From positions 51,273 to 115,272 of the forward strand of contig JBBTXG010000005.1 in the NCBI GenBank assembly GCA_038062375.1: a stretch of 64,000 bases of DNA. The letters run 5' to 3'. The stretch comes from Patescibacteria group bacterium (GTDB lineage Bacteria > Patescibacteriota > Minisyncoccia > Minisyncoccales > UBA10102). The notes beneath the pieces are model-generated. The model had not been told where the DNA came from and did not search any database. It was given only the letters and a program-made list of their open reading frames with translations. The position numbers and the translations under genes are program-made. Below are positions 33,616-44,308 of the stretch, in pieces. Position 1 is the stretch's first letter. Every line of letters starts with the position of its first letter.

Positions 33616-34362
33616 TTATTTCCATCTCTTTACCTCAAGCGCTCGTCGAGCGGCTTCCTGTTCTCCTTCTTGCTTGGAAGAACCATCTCCTTGAGCAATC
33701 AGCTCTTTCTCCAGAAACACTCCGATGCGAAAGTGCTTTGCATGATCAGGACCCCATTCTTTGAGTGCCGCGTAACTCGGAGTAATGCCGACTTTCTCTT
33801 GAGCGATTTCCTGAAATCTCGATTTTGCATCTTGAAAGAGTTTTTCCTTCAATATCTGCGGAAGTTCCTTCAGTATGTATGTTGTAATAAACTTTCTGGT
33901 ATTTTTCAAGCCCTGATCAAGATAGAGGGCGCCAAGAAAAGCTTCCATGGTATTTGCCAAAATATATTCTCTTGCCTTTCCACTTTCTTTCGCTTCTCCT
34001 CGAGAAAGCAACAAAAAATCATTAAATCCCAAGTCTCGCGCAAGAACAGACAGCATCTTCGCGTTCACCAAGGCTGCTCTCCAACTCGTTAATTCTCCTT
34101 CGGGCTCTTCTGGATATGCATCATACAGATATTCGGTCACTACAAGTTCCAGAACTGCGTCTCCGAGAAACTCCAACCTTTCATTATGCGAAACACGGAA
34201 ATCCGGATTTTCGTTCATATAGGAACGATGAACAAATGCCTGAATCAACAAATCACTATGTTTGAATTCGACACCTACATGCTTCTCGAGCTCCGAAAAA
34301 TCTTTTCCTACGGGGGTGACAGAACCTTCCTCTCTATTTTTCATTATCATTGTTCTTTTCAT
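33616..34362 (-). CDS. rnc: ribonuclease III
   Basis: [21 protein letters not shown] signature plus a C-terminal dsRBD. Confidence 0.95.
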   Translation of the reverse strand: MKRTMIMKNREEGSVTPVGKDFSELEKHVGVEFKHSDLLIQAFVHRSYMNENPDFRVSHNERLEFLGDAVLELVVTEYLYDAYPEEPEGELTSWRAALVNAKMLSVLARDLGFNDFLLLSRGEAKESGKAREYILANTMEAFLGALYLDQGLKNTRKFITTYILKELPQILKEKLFQDAKSRFQEIAQEKVGITPSYAALKEWGPDHAKHFRIGVFLEKELIAQGDGSSKQEGEQEAARRALEVKRWK

Positions 34363-34786
34363 TTTCTAGTTCACGGTACACAGTACCCAGTACTCCATTG
34401 ACAAATCGTCCGGAAGATTCCCCGCTAAAGTTCTTTGCCAATTCAATCGCCTCATTGATTGCGACTTTGGGAGGAACCTCCACTTTATTTCCGTAGATTA
34501 ACTCATAAAGGCCGAGGCGCAGCACATTTCGGTCAACAATCGTGATTTGCTCTAAGGGCCATTCAGGGGCCGCCTTCTCAATAATCTTGTCTAAATGCAA
34601 AAGGTGCTCCACCACTCCGTCTGCAAGGCGTTTTGTAAATTCCTTGTTTGCATCGGCCAATCCTGGACCGAATTCTTTCAGATTTCGTTGGAGAATTCCC
34701 TCCAGAACTCCCTCCGGCTTTCTCCAAAAATCCCACTCATAGAGGGATTGCATTGCGATTGATCTTGCAAGGTGCCGTGAAGCCAT
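34334..34786 (-). CDS. nusB: transcription antitermination factor NusB
   Basis: 150 aa. [18 protein letters not shown]...[13 protein letters not shown]. Confidence 0.9.
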   Translation of the reverse strand: MASRHLARSIAMQSLYEWDFWRKPEGVLEGILQRNLKEFGPGLADANKEFTKRLADGVVEHLLHLDKIIEKAAPEWPLEQITIVDRNVLRLGLYELIYGNKVEVPPKVAINEAIELAKNFSGESSGRFVNGVLGTVYRELENEKNNDNEK

Positions 34787-34843
34787 AATAAAAGTAAATG
34801 TGGCCGAGTTTGGCCCAGGTCTGCAACCTTGGCCAATGTATCC

Positions 34844-35131
34844 TTATCGTTTTGACAATTCTTCCATGTTCAACTCTTTCTGCTTTGTTCTTTGCTCCTT
34901 TTCCTGAACTGCCAGTTCTTTCTCTTTTCGTTTTTTCTCGCGCTTATCAAGCTTTGCCAGCACATTGGTCACCTCCCTTCCTTGATAGTATCCGCAATTC
35001 CTGCACATGATGTGCGGCAAAACCTCCTTGCCGCATTTCGGGCAAACTCTGAATTTGGGCTCCTTGAGATAAATATGCATTCTTCGCTGTCCCTGCCTTG
35101 GTTTTGGCCTATGCCACTTGGGAACTGCCAT
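34844..35131 (-). CDS. rpmF: 50S ribosomal protein L32 with a Lys/Glu-rich C-terminal extension
   Basis: MAVPKWHRPKPRQGQRRMH...CPKCGKEVLPHIMCRNCGYY. Confidence 0.93.
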   Translation of the reverse strand: MAVPKWHRPKPRQGQRRMHIYLKEPKFRVCPKCGKEVLPHIMCRNCGYYQGREVTNVLAKLDKREKKRKEKELAVQEKEQRTKQKELNMEELSKR

Positions 35132-35177
35132 AAGATAGGTATACCAAAAACAAAGAAAATCTGCAAGGGCAAAGACT

Positions 35178-35395
35178 GTAAGTGCTCGCTGACTTTCTCT
35201 GGCGAGGCAGGAACCTCTGAAGGGAGCCCTTCACAGCCAAGCGCGAGCACCAAGTATTGTATAGCAGAGAACAGAGGTAAAGCTTGGCGAGAATGAGCAG
35301 CGGCCGACGCCATGCTTTCCTTTCCCCCGAAGGCCGACTGCGTGCTCCCTGAAGAGGTTTCTGACGAGCAAATCCGTGTTCAGGGGAGCAGTTAC
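35178..35395 (-). ncRNA. GC-rich structured spacer between rnhB and rpmF (candidate RNA; class and strand uncertain)
   Basis: No credible ORF. Visibly more GC-rich than its surroundings. Closing helix GTAAGTGCTC/GAGCAGTTAC (9 of 10 bp), inner helices GTGCTCGC/GCGAGCAC and GCCAAGC/GCTTGGC, and a CUUCGGGGG hairpin. Confidence 0.3.
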
Positions 35396-35422
35396 CAAAG
35401 ACTTAAACCTACATACAAAATA

Positions 35423-36082
35423 CTACATACCAGATACTATTCCCATGGAAGAAACGGGCTGAAAGCTCTTCCGGTGGATTTCACAAGGTCCATATCTTTC
35501 AAGCATCGCCACATGCAGCTTTGTCCCGTAGCCCTTGTGCCTGTCGAATCCATATTCGGGGTATTCGCGATGATATTTCCGCATGATTCGATCGCGTGTT
35601 ACCTTCGCAATAATTGACGAAGCCATGCAGGAAAAGATTTTCGTATCTGCCTTTATCACTGCTTTCTGCGCAAGTGCCAAGTCAAGAAGGAAATTCCCAT
35701 CGAGAATCAAAAAGTCTGGTTTGAGATTTTTTTTCTGGAGCTTTCGCCCCAAACTCGCTACCGCTCTATTCATTGCAAGTTTTGTGGCTTCAAATATGTT
35801 GATGGTATCTATGACGTGTTCTGAAACCTTGCCTATCCCCCATTGAATTTCCGGGTGATTCGTCAAAATCTCATACAGCTCGTCTCGCATTTGGGGCGTC
35901 AACTTCTTTGAATCGAAATCGCCCTGCGCACGGAATTTTGGATATTGCGATATGAAAACTGCGCCAGCTACCACTGGGCCTGCCAAAGGCCCTCTTCCGG
36001 CCTCATCAAGTCCCACAACAACTTTATAACCCTGCTTCCACAACTCTCGTTCATAGCTCAATAAGCGATCTTGCATAGCCAT
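35423..36082 (-). CDS. rnhB: ribonuclease HII
   Basis: VVGLDEAGRGPLAGPVVAGAV and LILDGN motifs. Confidence 0.93.
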   Translation of the reverse strand: MAMQDRLLSYERELWKQGYKVVVGLDEAGRGPLAGPVVAGAVFISQYPKFRAQGDFDSKKLTPQMRDELYEILTNHPEIQWGIGKVSEHVIDTINIFEATKLAMNRAVASLGRKLQKKNLKPDFLILDGNFLLDLALAQKAVIKADTKIFSCMASSIIAKVTRDRIMRKYHREYPEYGFDRHKGYGTKLHVAMLERYGPCEIHRKSFQPVSSMGIVSGM

Positions 36083-36138
36083 ATTTTAAGCAGACAACCC
36101 TCCTTCTCATAAACCTCAAAATCATATACAATTTGGTA

Positions 36139-39100
36139 ATGCCGAAGTTTACCCATTTACACGTGCATTCCCACTACTCCCTCTTGGATGGTTTGCCGAA
36201 AATAGACCAGCTTGTAGATCGCGTACAAGAGTTGGGAATGGATTCGGTTGCGCTCACCGATCACGGGAACATCTACGGAGCTATTGAGTTCTACAAAAAA
36301 GCAAAGGCAAAAGGGATTAAACCCATCGTAGGCTGCGAGATTTATCTTGCTTTTGAGAGCATGCACCAAGAACGTCCGAATATCGATGATACCATTTACC
36401 ATCTGGTCGTGCTTGTCAAAAACGAAGAAGGATATCGAAACTTGGTAAAAATTCTCACCAAAGCGCACTTGGAAGGTTTCTATTACAAGCCGAGGGTAGA
36501 TGAAGAATTTCTGGCAACGCACGCAAAAGGACTTATCGCGCTATCGGCGTGTCTCGCTGGAAAAGTCCCTTCTTTGATTATGGCAAAGAACATCGAGGGT
36601 GCAAAGAAGACTGCGCTCACATACCAAGAGATTTTCGGCTCGGAAAATTTCTATCTCGAACTTCAGCATCACCCCCATATCAAAGAACAAGAAACGGTAA
36701 ATCAAAGTCTGCGGGCAATTGCCAAGGAAACGGGAATTCCTTTAGTGGCTACGGCAGACTCTCACTACTTAAGTCCTGAAGATGCGCAAGCCCAAGATAT
36801 CCTAATGCTCATCAACACCAACTCCAAGCCAGACGATCCTGAACGTCTCACCATGAAATCAGATGATTTTTCGCTCAAATCAACAGCGCAAATGGCTGAA
36901 ATCTTTGCAGAAAATCCAGAAGCTATCGAAAACACACAACGGGTAGCCCAGGCATGCAACCTCGAATTGCAATTGGGTAAAAATCTTTTGCCGCGATTCC
37001 CCTTGCCAGAAGGCAAAACCGCAGATGAATACCTTGAAGAGTTGTGCTTGAAGGGCTTGGAAGAAAAACCCCAATATGCAAACTCCCTGGAAGCGCAAGA
37101 ACGCCTCGAATACGAACTTGGGATAATCAAACAGACTGGCTTTGGCCCTTATTTCCTCATTGTGCAAGATTTTGTGAATTGGGCAAAAGATCACCACATC
37201 GTGGTGGGCCCCGGACGCGGTTCTGCCGCAGGGTCTATTGTCTCTTATCTCTTAAAAATTACCAATGTAGATCCCCTTACCTATGATCTTCTCTTTGAAC
37301 GATTTTTGAATCCCGAACGTATCTCCCTGCCTGATATTGATCTCGATTTTACCGATACGCGCCGAGATGAAGTAATCGAATATGTGGCAGACAAATACGG
37401 CAGAGACAAAGTTGCGCAAATCATCACGTTTGGAACCATGGCTTCCAGAGCAGTGATTCGCGATGTGGGCAGGGCGCTTAGCTACGAATATAGTTACTGC
37501 GACCGAATGGCAAAAATGATCCCTTTTGGATATTCGCTCCAAAAAACTCTCACTCAAGTTACAGAATTTCGGGAGTTGTACGAGAGCGACGAAAACGCCA
37601 AGCGCTTAATTGACCTGGCAAAAAAACTCGAAGGCGTAGCGCGGCACGCTTCCACCCATGCCTGCGGCGTGGTGATTTCCGCAGAACCGCTCGAGAACCT
37701 CGTACCCCTGCAGCATCCCACCCAGAACGACACTGCGATCGTTACCCAATACGAAATGCATAGCATTGAAGATATAGGACTTTTAAAAATGGATTTTCTT
37801 GGATTGAAAAACCTCACCATCATTGAAGATACCTTAAAACGAATCTATGCAATCACCAAACAAAACATTGATATTGATATGATCCCCCGGGACGATCGGA
37901 GGGTGTATGCACTTCTCCAAGAAGGAAACACCACTGGTATTTTTCAGCTCGAATCTGGCGGAATGCGCAGGTACTTAAAGGAATTAAGGCCAACTGAATT
38001 CGAGGATATCGTCGCAATGGTAGCGCTCTATCGCCCGGGCCCCATGGAACTCATCCCTGAATATATCGCGCGCAAACACGGAAAGAAACGCATCGAATAC
38101 CTCCATCCCAAACTAGAACCAATCCTCAAAACCACCCAAGGAATTTGCATCTACCAAGAGCAGTTAATGCAAATTGCGCGCGACCTCGCCGGATTTACGT
38201 TGGGCGAAGCAGACGTGCTGCGCAAGGCAGTCGGAAAGAAAATCGAATCTCTGTTGCTCGAACAAAAACAAAAAATCGTTGAAGGAATGAAGAATAATGA
38301 TATTGAAGAGAAGATCGCCAAACAGTTGTGGGAATGGGTGTTGCCCTTCGCGCATTATGGGTTCAATCGGAGTCATTCGGCCTGTTACGCCACGATCGCC
38401 TACCAAACCGCTTGGTTAAAAGCCCATTATCCAACGGAATTCATGGCAGCGCTTCTTACTTCCGAACGCAACGATGTGGAACGGATCGCCTTTCTCATTG
38501 ATGAAACACGAAAGATGAGAATTGAAGTGCTCCCTCCTGATATCAATGAGAGCTTTAGTTTCTTTAGCGTAGTTCCAAGGAAAAATCAGATTCGATTCGG
38601 ACTCTTGGCGATCAAGAACGTCGGGGAAGGAATTGTTGCCACGATTATTCAAGAAAGAAAAGAAAGGGGAGCCTATCAATCGATGCAAGATTTTATTTCT
38701 CGAATTGCGAGCAAAGATTTGAACAAGAAATCAATGGAAAGCTTGATCAAGGGTGGGGTATTTGACCGATTTGGGGAACGAAATCAGTTCTTAACCAATA
38801 TGGATCGCCTCCTCACAATCGCGAGAGAAAATCAAAGAGTGCGCCAAAACGGTCAAAAAGGGCTTTTTGATCTCCTCGGAACTCAACAAAGTTCACCCTC
38901 CATCATCTTTAACCCTGCGCCTCCTGCAAAAGAACAAGAAATGCTTATCTGGGAGAAAGAACTCCTCGGCTTATATGTGAGTTCTCATCCCTTGAAAGGA
39001 ATAAAGAATATTTTAGAGAGTAGGGCGTACGCCATTCGGAATCTTGAGGAACTCGTCATGAACAGGGAACAAGCGACCTCTAAATTTCACTTTACGAAAC

Positions 39101-39357
39101 AACGTGAACGTGTACGCATCGGAGGAATCATTTCCTCCATCAAAAAAATTATTACCAAAACTGGCAAGCCAATGCTCTTCATCGGGTTAGAGGACCTCAC
39201 CGATAGAATTGAAGTGGTAGTCTTCCCTTCTGTCTTGGGAGAAAACCCTACTGCTTTTCAAGAAAATAAAATCGTATTCGTCACGGGGCGGCTTGATAGC
39301 CGCAACGGAGAGCGAAAATTTATCGCAGAAGAAGTAGAAGAGATTACAGAGTTATGA
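36139..39357 (+). CDS. dnaE: DNA polymerase III alpha subunit
   Basis: ATG MPKFTHLHVHSHYSLLDG (PHP domain); the track ORF opens 6 nt upstream at a TTG. About 1070 aa. Confidence 0.97.
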   Translation: MPKFTHLHVHSHYSLLDGLPKIDQLVDRVQELGMDSVALTDHGNIYGAIEFYKKAKAKGIKPIVGCEIYLAFESMHQERPNIDDTIYHLVVLVKNEEGYRNLVKILTKAHLEGFYYKPRVDEEFLATHAKGLIALSACLAGKVPSLIMAKNIEGAKKTALTYQEIFGSENFYLELQHHPHIKEQETVNQSLRAIAKETGIPLVATADSHYLSPEDAQAQDILMLINTNSKPDDPERLTMKSDDFSLKSTAQMAEIFAENPEAIENTQRVAQACNLELQLGKNLLPRFPLPEGKTADEYLEELCLKGLEEKPQYANSLEAQERLEYELGIIKQTGFGPYFLIVQDFVNWAKDHHIVVGPGRGSAAGSIVSYLLKITNVDPLTYDLLFERFLNPERISLPDIDLDFTDTRRDEVIEYVADKYGRDKVAQIITFGTMASRAVIRDVGRALSYEYSYCDRMAKMIPFGYSLQKTLTQVTEFRELYESDENAKRLIDLAKKLEGVARHASTHACGVVISAEPLENLVPLQHPTQNDTAIVTQYEMHSIEDIGLLKMDFLGLKNLTIIEDTLKRIYAITKQNIDIDMIPRDDRRVYALLQEGNTTGIFQLESGGMRRYLKELRPTEFEDIVAMVALYRPGPMELIPEYIARKHGKKRIEYLHPKLEPILKTTQGICIYQEQLMQIARDLAGFTLGEADVLRKAVGKKIESLLLEQKQKIVEGMKNNDIEEKIAKQLWEWVLPFAHYGFNRSHSACYATIAYQTAWLKAHYPTEFMAALLTSERNDVERIAFLIDETRKMRIEVLPPDINESFSFFSVVPRKNQIRFGLLAIKNVGEGIVATIIQERKERGAYQSMQDFISRIASKDLNKKSMESLIKGGVFDRFGERNQFLTNMDRLLTIARENQRVRQNGQKGLFDLLGTQQSSPSIIFNPAPPAKEQEMLIWEKELLGLYVSSHPLKGIKNILESRAYAIRNLEELVMNREQATSKFHFTKQRERVRIGGIISSIKKIITKTGKPMLFIGLEDLTDRIEVVVFPSVLGENPTAFQENKIVFVTGRLDSRNGERKFIAEEVEEITEL

Positions 39358-39383
39358 TATACAGTAAGATAATCTGAAGAACC

Positions 39384-41225
39384 ATGAAAATACCAAAAAA
39401 TATGTCCACTGACACCGAATCCCCCCCGATCGAATATACTCGTCATTCCTTTGCCCATCTCTTGGCTGCGGCGGTGAAAAAGTTTTATCCGAAAGCGCAG
39501 TTGGCTATAGGACCGGTTATTGAAAACGGGTTTTATTATGACTTTGGAAACATAAAAATTACCGAAGAGGACCTGCCGAAAATCGAGGCGGAAATGCGAA
39601 AAATCGCTTCCCAAAACCTAACCTTTATCAAAAAATTATGGCCGGCAAGTAAGGCTTCTATGCATTTTAAAAAAGAAGGAGAACCATTCAAGGTTGAACT
39701 CATAGAAGATCTCGGCAGAGAGAAGGGAAAGAAAAGAGATAGCAAGCAATCGGCAATGGGCAAACCATTGAAGGTTGGCATGGTCTCCACTGGAGACATT
39801 TTTTTGGATCTTTGCCGCGGTGGTCACGTAAAAAATACGCGCGAACTTCCATCGGACGCTTTCAAACTTACCAGAGTGGCAGGAGCTTACTGGCGAGGAG
39901 ATGAGAAAAACCCCATGCTTACCCGTATTTACGGAGTTGCTTTTCAGACAAAAAAAGAACTTGATCAATATCTCTGCCAGCAGGAAGAAGCAAAGAAGAG
40001 AGATCACCGAATGTTGGGAGAAAAATTAAAACTTTTTACGTTTGCCCCCCAAGTAGGCCCCGGCCTGCCCCTTTGGCTTCCCAATGGCACCATTGTAAGA
40101 GAGGAAATCGAAAGGTATGCAAAAAAGATAGAACAAGAATGGGGATACGAACGGGTGATCACTCCCCACATTGCGAAAGAAGAACTTTATAAAATCTCCG
40201 GCCATCTTCCCTACTATGCAGACAGTATGTTTCCTGCCATGAAATTAGATGACGGAAACTACTATCTGAAAGCGATGAATTGCCCCCATACCCACATGAT
40301 TTACAAATCGAGTCCTCACAGCTACCGTGAACTTCCGATTCGTTACGCAGAGTTTGGGACCGTATATCGCTATGAACGATCAGGCACCTTGGCTGGACTT
40401 TTGAGGGTACGTGGTTTTACTCAAAATGATGCACATATCTATTGTCGAGAAGATCAAGCAGAGGACGAATTTCTCCAAGTTATGAAATTGCACGAGTTTT
40501 GGTATCGCGAGGTATTTGGGATCAAAGATTTTTATATGCGCCTTTCTTTGCCCTCCGAAGATAAGAAAAAATATGCGGATGCTCCCGAGGCATGGAGAAA
40601 ATCGCTGCGCATCTTGAAAAGGGCAATCAAGCGCTCCGAACTTCCTGTTGTAGAAGTCCAAGACGAGGCAGCATTTTATGGTCCTAAAATAGACTTTCAA
40701 ATCAGAAGCGTTATAGGACGAGAAGAATCGGCTTCCACGAATCAGCTTGATTTTTTGGCTACCCAGCGATTTGACCTTACCTATCGAGATACGGATGGAA
40801 AAGAAAGGCCAATATATGTTATTCATCGAGCGCCGCTCGGATCGCACGAACGATTTATTGCCTTTTTAATTGAGCATTATGCGGGTGCCTTTCCCCTGTG
40901 GTTAGCTCCCGAACAAATTTGGATAGTACCGCTATCTGAACGATTTCTTTCTTTTGCTCAAACCATCCGGAACGAAATGCTCAACCATAACGGAGAGCTT
41001 CGCATAAAAATAAAAGATGAGACAGAGACTCTTGGAAAGAAGATCCGGGAAGGAGAACTCCAGAAAATTCCCTACCTTCTGATTGCCGGGGAACGAGAAA
41101 AAAGGGATAATACGGTAAGCGTGAGGATGAGACGAAAAGGGGACTTGGGCAGCATGAAACTGGAACAATTTCTCCAAAAGGTAACGCAAGAACTGAATCC
41201 TCTCAACTCGGAACATTCCATCTGA
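39384..41225 (+). CDS. thrS: threonyl-tRNA synthetase (no N-terminal TGS domain)
   Basis: Starts in the editing domain (HSFAHLLAAAV...GPVIENGFYYDF). Class II core follows (FRDE-type YRYERSGTLAGLLRVRGFTQNDAHI). Confidence 0.95.
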   Translation: MKIPKNMSTDTESPPIEYTRHSFAHLLAAAVKKFYPKAQLAIGPVIENGFYYDFGNIKITEEDLPKIEAEMRKIASQNLTFIKKLWPASKASMHFKKEGEPFKVELIEDLGREKGKKRDSKQSAMGKPLKVGMVSTGDIFLDLCRGGHVKNTRELPSDAFKLTRVAGAYWRGDEKNPMLTRIYGVAFQTKKELDQYLCQQEEAKKRDHRMLGEKLKLFTFAPQVGPGLPLWLPNGTIVREEIERYAKKIEQEWGYERVITPHIAKEELYKISGHLPYYADSMFPAMKLDDGNYYLKAMNCPHTHMIYKSSPHSYRELPIRYAEFGTVYRYERSGTLAGLLRVRGFTQNDAHIYCREDQAEDEFLQVMKLHEFWYREVFGIKDFYMRLSLPSEDKKKYADAPEAWRKSLRILKRAIKRSELPVVEVQDEAAFYGPKIDFQIRSVIGREESASTNQLDFLATQRFDLTYRDTDGKERPIYVIHRAPLGSHERFIAFLIEHYAGAFPLWLAPEQIWIVPLSERFLSFAQTIRNEMLNHNGELRIKIKDETETLGKKIREGELQKIPYLLIAGEREKRDNTVSVRMRRKGDLGSMKLEQFLQKVTQELNPLNSEHSI

Positions 41226-41248
41226 TTTTAACATCTAACCATCTCTTT

Positions 41249-42859
41249 ATGGAACTCTCACCAAAAGTTCACACATTAATCAAGGAATATCAATTGTGGG
41301 AAAAGGAGAAAATGCATGAAAGAGACGAGGGAAACGCAATCTCGGTGGATGAGGTTGCAGCCACCGTCGCGTCGTTTTATGAAAAGATTCGAGGCATTGT
41401 GGATTGGCGCGAAGAACACCTCCTGCGCAAAACCGCCATTGAGCGAATTCTGAAGCGCCGAATTATCACAAACAAACGCAGTGAAGAATTCGCGGAGGGT
41501 TTTCTCCAAGAATTAGTGCGAGGAGGTCATTTTCCAAACAACAGTCTCCCTCTCAAAAAAATAGATGAGATTCAACGAATCGTTGAGAAATACGTATTTA
41601 TCAGCGAACACGGCCGTTCTACGCAATCAGTCTCTCTCGGAAAAATCGAAGACTGGCTCTGGTCAATTGCAACGTGTGAGATCGAAGAAGCGCTCTCGCT
41701 TCCTCGAAGAGAAAAAGCTCTCATTGAATTTATGTATGAAGAGCTTCAAACCCGTATTCAGATAGAGGACAAAAAGGGGCCTCGTGGGGTGCCGATTTCC
41801 AATGACGAGCGATCTCTTCAGGTCTATATTGCCGTCCAGAGAACACTCTTCAAACTAGATAGCGCTACTATTACCTATCACATCATCGAGAAATTCTATG
41901 CCGATTGGTCAAACCCATCGCAAGAAACTCTCTTGAACGTTTCTCAAGACCTCGCACGCCTCTATGAAAAGATTCGATATGCGCTTTCCCATCCGTATGC
42001 GGAAAAATTTTACCAGGTAGCGGAAAAATACGACACCCCCTATCTCATCTTGGGAGATATCATCGCAGAGAATCCCGAAACATTTTTGCAATTAACCGAT
42101 AACTTCTCTGAATTTGAAGAAACAATAAAAAGTATCTACGAGCAAAGACTTTTAAGACTCAAGGGAAGGATTCGAAGAGCTGCATTCTATAGCACCCTCT
42201 CTGTATTCCTCACCAAGATCTTACTTGCATTGTCCATTGAAATCCCGGTAGATCAATATCTCGCACACGGCTTGAATTACACTGCTCTCGGGACCAGCGT
42301 AGCGATTCCACCTCTCCTCATGCTCTTTCTTGTGATAAGCGTACAAACCTCGTCTCAACAGAATGTCAATCGAGTAGTCACCGAAGTAATACGACTAACC
42401 TTTCTAACCCAAGAACAGAAGGAACCATACAAAATTCGTGCTCTTGGAAAACCAAGAAGTTCTTCTGTGATGGCAATCGTATATGGAATGTACTTTTCGA
42501 GTTTCCTCCTCACATTCGGCGGAATTGCCTTCATCCTCTACAGCCTCGAATTCAGCACGCTCTCTATCCTTATCCTTGTCACATTCCTCTCGCTTGTATC
42601 ATTTGCAGGCACCAGAATACGCAAACGAGCGCGCGAACTCATGATGGAGGTGGAAAAAGAAGGGCTATTCTTTGGAATCTTTGATTTTTTTGCGCTCCCC
42701 ATGATCCAATTCGGAAAATGGCTTTCCAATCAACTCGTGAGGTACAACCTTATCGTGCTGCTCCTCAATTTTCTTATTGAAATCCCGCTCCAAGTGTTTG
42801 TGGAATTCCTCGAGCAATGGAGAATGTTTCTGAAAGAGAAGAAGGAAGAAATACATTAA
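41249..42859 (+). CDS. hypothetical integral membrane protein
   Basis: 536 aa. Soluble N-terminal ~300 aa followed by several TM helices. No family recognised. Confidence 0.6.
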   Translation: MELSPKVHTLIKEYQLWEKEKMHERDEGNAISVDEVAATVASFYEKIRGIVDWREEHLLRKTAIERILKRRIITNKRSEEFAEGFLQELVRGGHFPNNSLPLKKIDEIQRIVEKYVFISEHGRSTQSVSLGKIEDWLWSIATCEIEEALSLPRREKALIEFMYEELQTRIQIEDKKGPRGVPISNDERSLQVYIAVQRTLFKLDSATITYHIIEKFYADWSNPSQETLLNVSQDLARLYEKIRYALSHPYAEKFYQVAEKYDTPYLILGDIIAENPETFLQLTDNFSEFEETIKSIYEQRLLRLKGRIRRAAFYSTLSVFLTKILLALSIEIPVDQYLAHGLNYTALGTSVAIPPLLMLFLVISVQTSSQQNVNRVVTEVIRLTFLTQEQKEPYKIRALGKPRSSSVMAIVYGMYFSSFLLTFGGIAFILYSLEFSTLSILILVTFLSLVSFAGTRIRKRARELMMEVEKEGLFFGIFDFFALPMIQFGKWLSNQLVRYNLIVLLLNFLIEIPLQVFVEFLEQWRMFLKEKKEEIH

Positions 42860-42873
42860 AGAAACTGTATGGT

Positions 42874-43758
42874 ATGTATCCACTTATTGTCATCGTGGGG
42901 CCTACAGCGTCAGGGAAAAGCAGCCTCGCGGTAAGGCTTGCGAGGGAATCCAATGGGGAAATCATCTCTGCTGATTCAAGACAGGTGTATCAAGGGATGG
43001 ATGTTGGGTCAGGAAAGATACCGAAACAACAGAGGATGGGTATCCCCCATCATCTGTTGGATGTTGCTTCTCCAAAACGGAGATTTACGGTTGCTCAATA
43101 TCAAAAACTCGCATTGCAGATAATCCGCCAAGTCCACAAGAGAGGAAAATTGCCTTTGCTTGTTGGCGGCAGTCCGTTTTATGTCTATTCGGTGGTAGAC
43201 GGAATTCAAATCCCTGAAGTCAAACCAAATCTCAAGTTACGAGCCAGACTCGAAAGGTTGAGGAGTGACGAGCTTTACCGAAAACTTCAACAACTCGATC
43301 CTCAAAGAGCAAAAACAATTGAACAAAAAAATCCAAGGCGACTCATCCGAGCTTTAGAAATCGTGCTTGGAACTAAAAAACCGGTTCCCTCTTTGCGAAA
43401 AAATCCACTCCCCTACCCTGCTTTGCTGCTTGGTATTTATAAATCCAACGAGGAACTCAAAAAGTTAATCGCAAAAAGATTGGAACTTCGTCTTCACAAA
43501 GGAATGATAGCCGAAGTAAAAAAATTGAAAGAGTCGGGCCTCTCGTGGAAGCGGCTTGAAGAATTCGGGTTAGAGTATCGTTTTGTCGCGCAATATCTCC
43601 AAAGGAAAATTTCGCGGCAAGAAATGCTAAACTCTATTCAGAGAGAAACTGAACATTTTGCTCGCCGCCAAATGGCCTGGTTCAAAAAAGACCAACGAAT
43701 CTGCTGGATCAAAAACGATGATGAAGCACGTATACTTGTAAAAAAATTTCTCAAATAA
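42874..43758 (+). CDS. miaA: tRNA dimethylallyltransferase
   Basis: ATG MYPLIVIVGPTASGKSSLAV (P-loop), located after the upstream stop codon at 42859. Confidence 0.93.
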   Translation: MYPLIVIVGPTASGKSSLAVRLARESNGEIISADSRQVYQGMDVGSGKIPKQQRMGIPHHLLDVASPKRRFTVAQYQKLALQIIRQVHKRGKLPLLVGGSPFYVYSVVDGIQIPEVKPNLKLRARLERLRSDELYRKLQQLDPQRAKTIEQKNPRRLIRALEIVLGTKKPVPSLRKNPLPYPALLLGIYKSNEELKKLIAKRLELRLHKGMIAEVKKLKESGLSWKRLEEFGLEYRFVAQYLQRKISRQEMLNSIQRETEHFARRQMAWFKKDQRICWIKNDDEARILVKKFLK

Positions 43759-43775
43759 AAAAGGGGAACCGAACA

Positions 43776-44153
43776 TCACATAGATTCTTTCCCCTTTATC
43801 TCTTCACCTGAAATCATAACTTTGTAATACTCAAGAAAGGCATCTACCGACTTCTCCCCAAGAGGAGTTATTTCGTAGGTGTAAAAAGGATCTGTACTTT
43901 GCTTTTTCGGATAGGGCGTCCGGACAATCAAGCCCTTTTGTTGCAAGACTAGGGTTGTCCTTGATATGGACTGGTTCGTGATCTCCAGTCTAACAAATTG
44001 AACTACCTTTTTCTTAAGTTCAGCAAATATTATCCCTCCTTTTTGCTCCCTTAAGACAATCAAAATTGCCAAATACAGGGGTTCCCCTTGGAGCAACTTG
44101 CTCTGAATGGACATAATCCAGAGTACCTGTTCAAGACCCTTCATATCCTTCAT
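43776..44153 (-). CDS. winged-helix transcriptional regulator (PadR-like)
   Basis: 125 aa. LYLAILIVLREQKGGIIFAEL...ISRTTLVLQQKGLIV...YEITPLGEK. Confidence 0.5.
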   Translation of the reverse strand: MKDMKGLEQVLWIMSIQSKLLQGEPLYLAILIVLREQKGGIIFAELKKKVVQFVRLEITNQSISRTTLVLQQKGLIVRTPYPKKQSTDPFYTYEITPLGEKSVDAFLEYYKVMISGEEIKGKESM

Positions 44154-44254
44154 CGCTATTGCCTCCTCTAACTTTCTGCCTTCTATTAAACTACATTTTA
44201 CACTCTTTGCAAATTCTTTTCCGCAGCCGATTTTTTTATTAAGTCGTAATTATT

Positions 44255-44308
44255 AAAAAAACGAGGGAGAGAGGCGATGGCGCATTCGCGCTGCCGCCTT
44301 TCTCCCCC
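44255..44308 (-). terminator. intrinsic terminator
   Basis: Minus strand GGGGGAGAAAGGCGGCAGCGCGAATGCGCCATCGCCTCTCTCCCTCG followed by TTTTTTT. Confidence 0.75.

Noticed and set aside
34969-35313. 114-aa minus-strand ORF spanning the rpmF start and the GC-rich spacer
   Set aside because: It overlaps rpmF out of frame, has no SD, and has an implausible composition. The region is better explained as structured RNA.
35178-35395. RNase P RNA or SRP RNA assignment for the rnhB-rpmF spacer
   Set aside because: The region shows only a loose GGAAAG...GG resemblance to CR-I and a CUUCGGGGG loop. It has no complementary P4 3' strand, no ACAGAA..GGCUUA element and no SRP GGAAGCAGC-type motif, and it is too short for type A/B RNase P. 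It is left unclassified.
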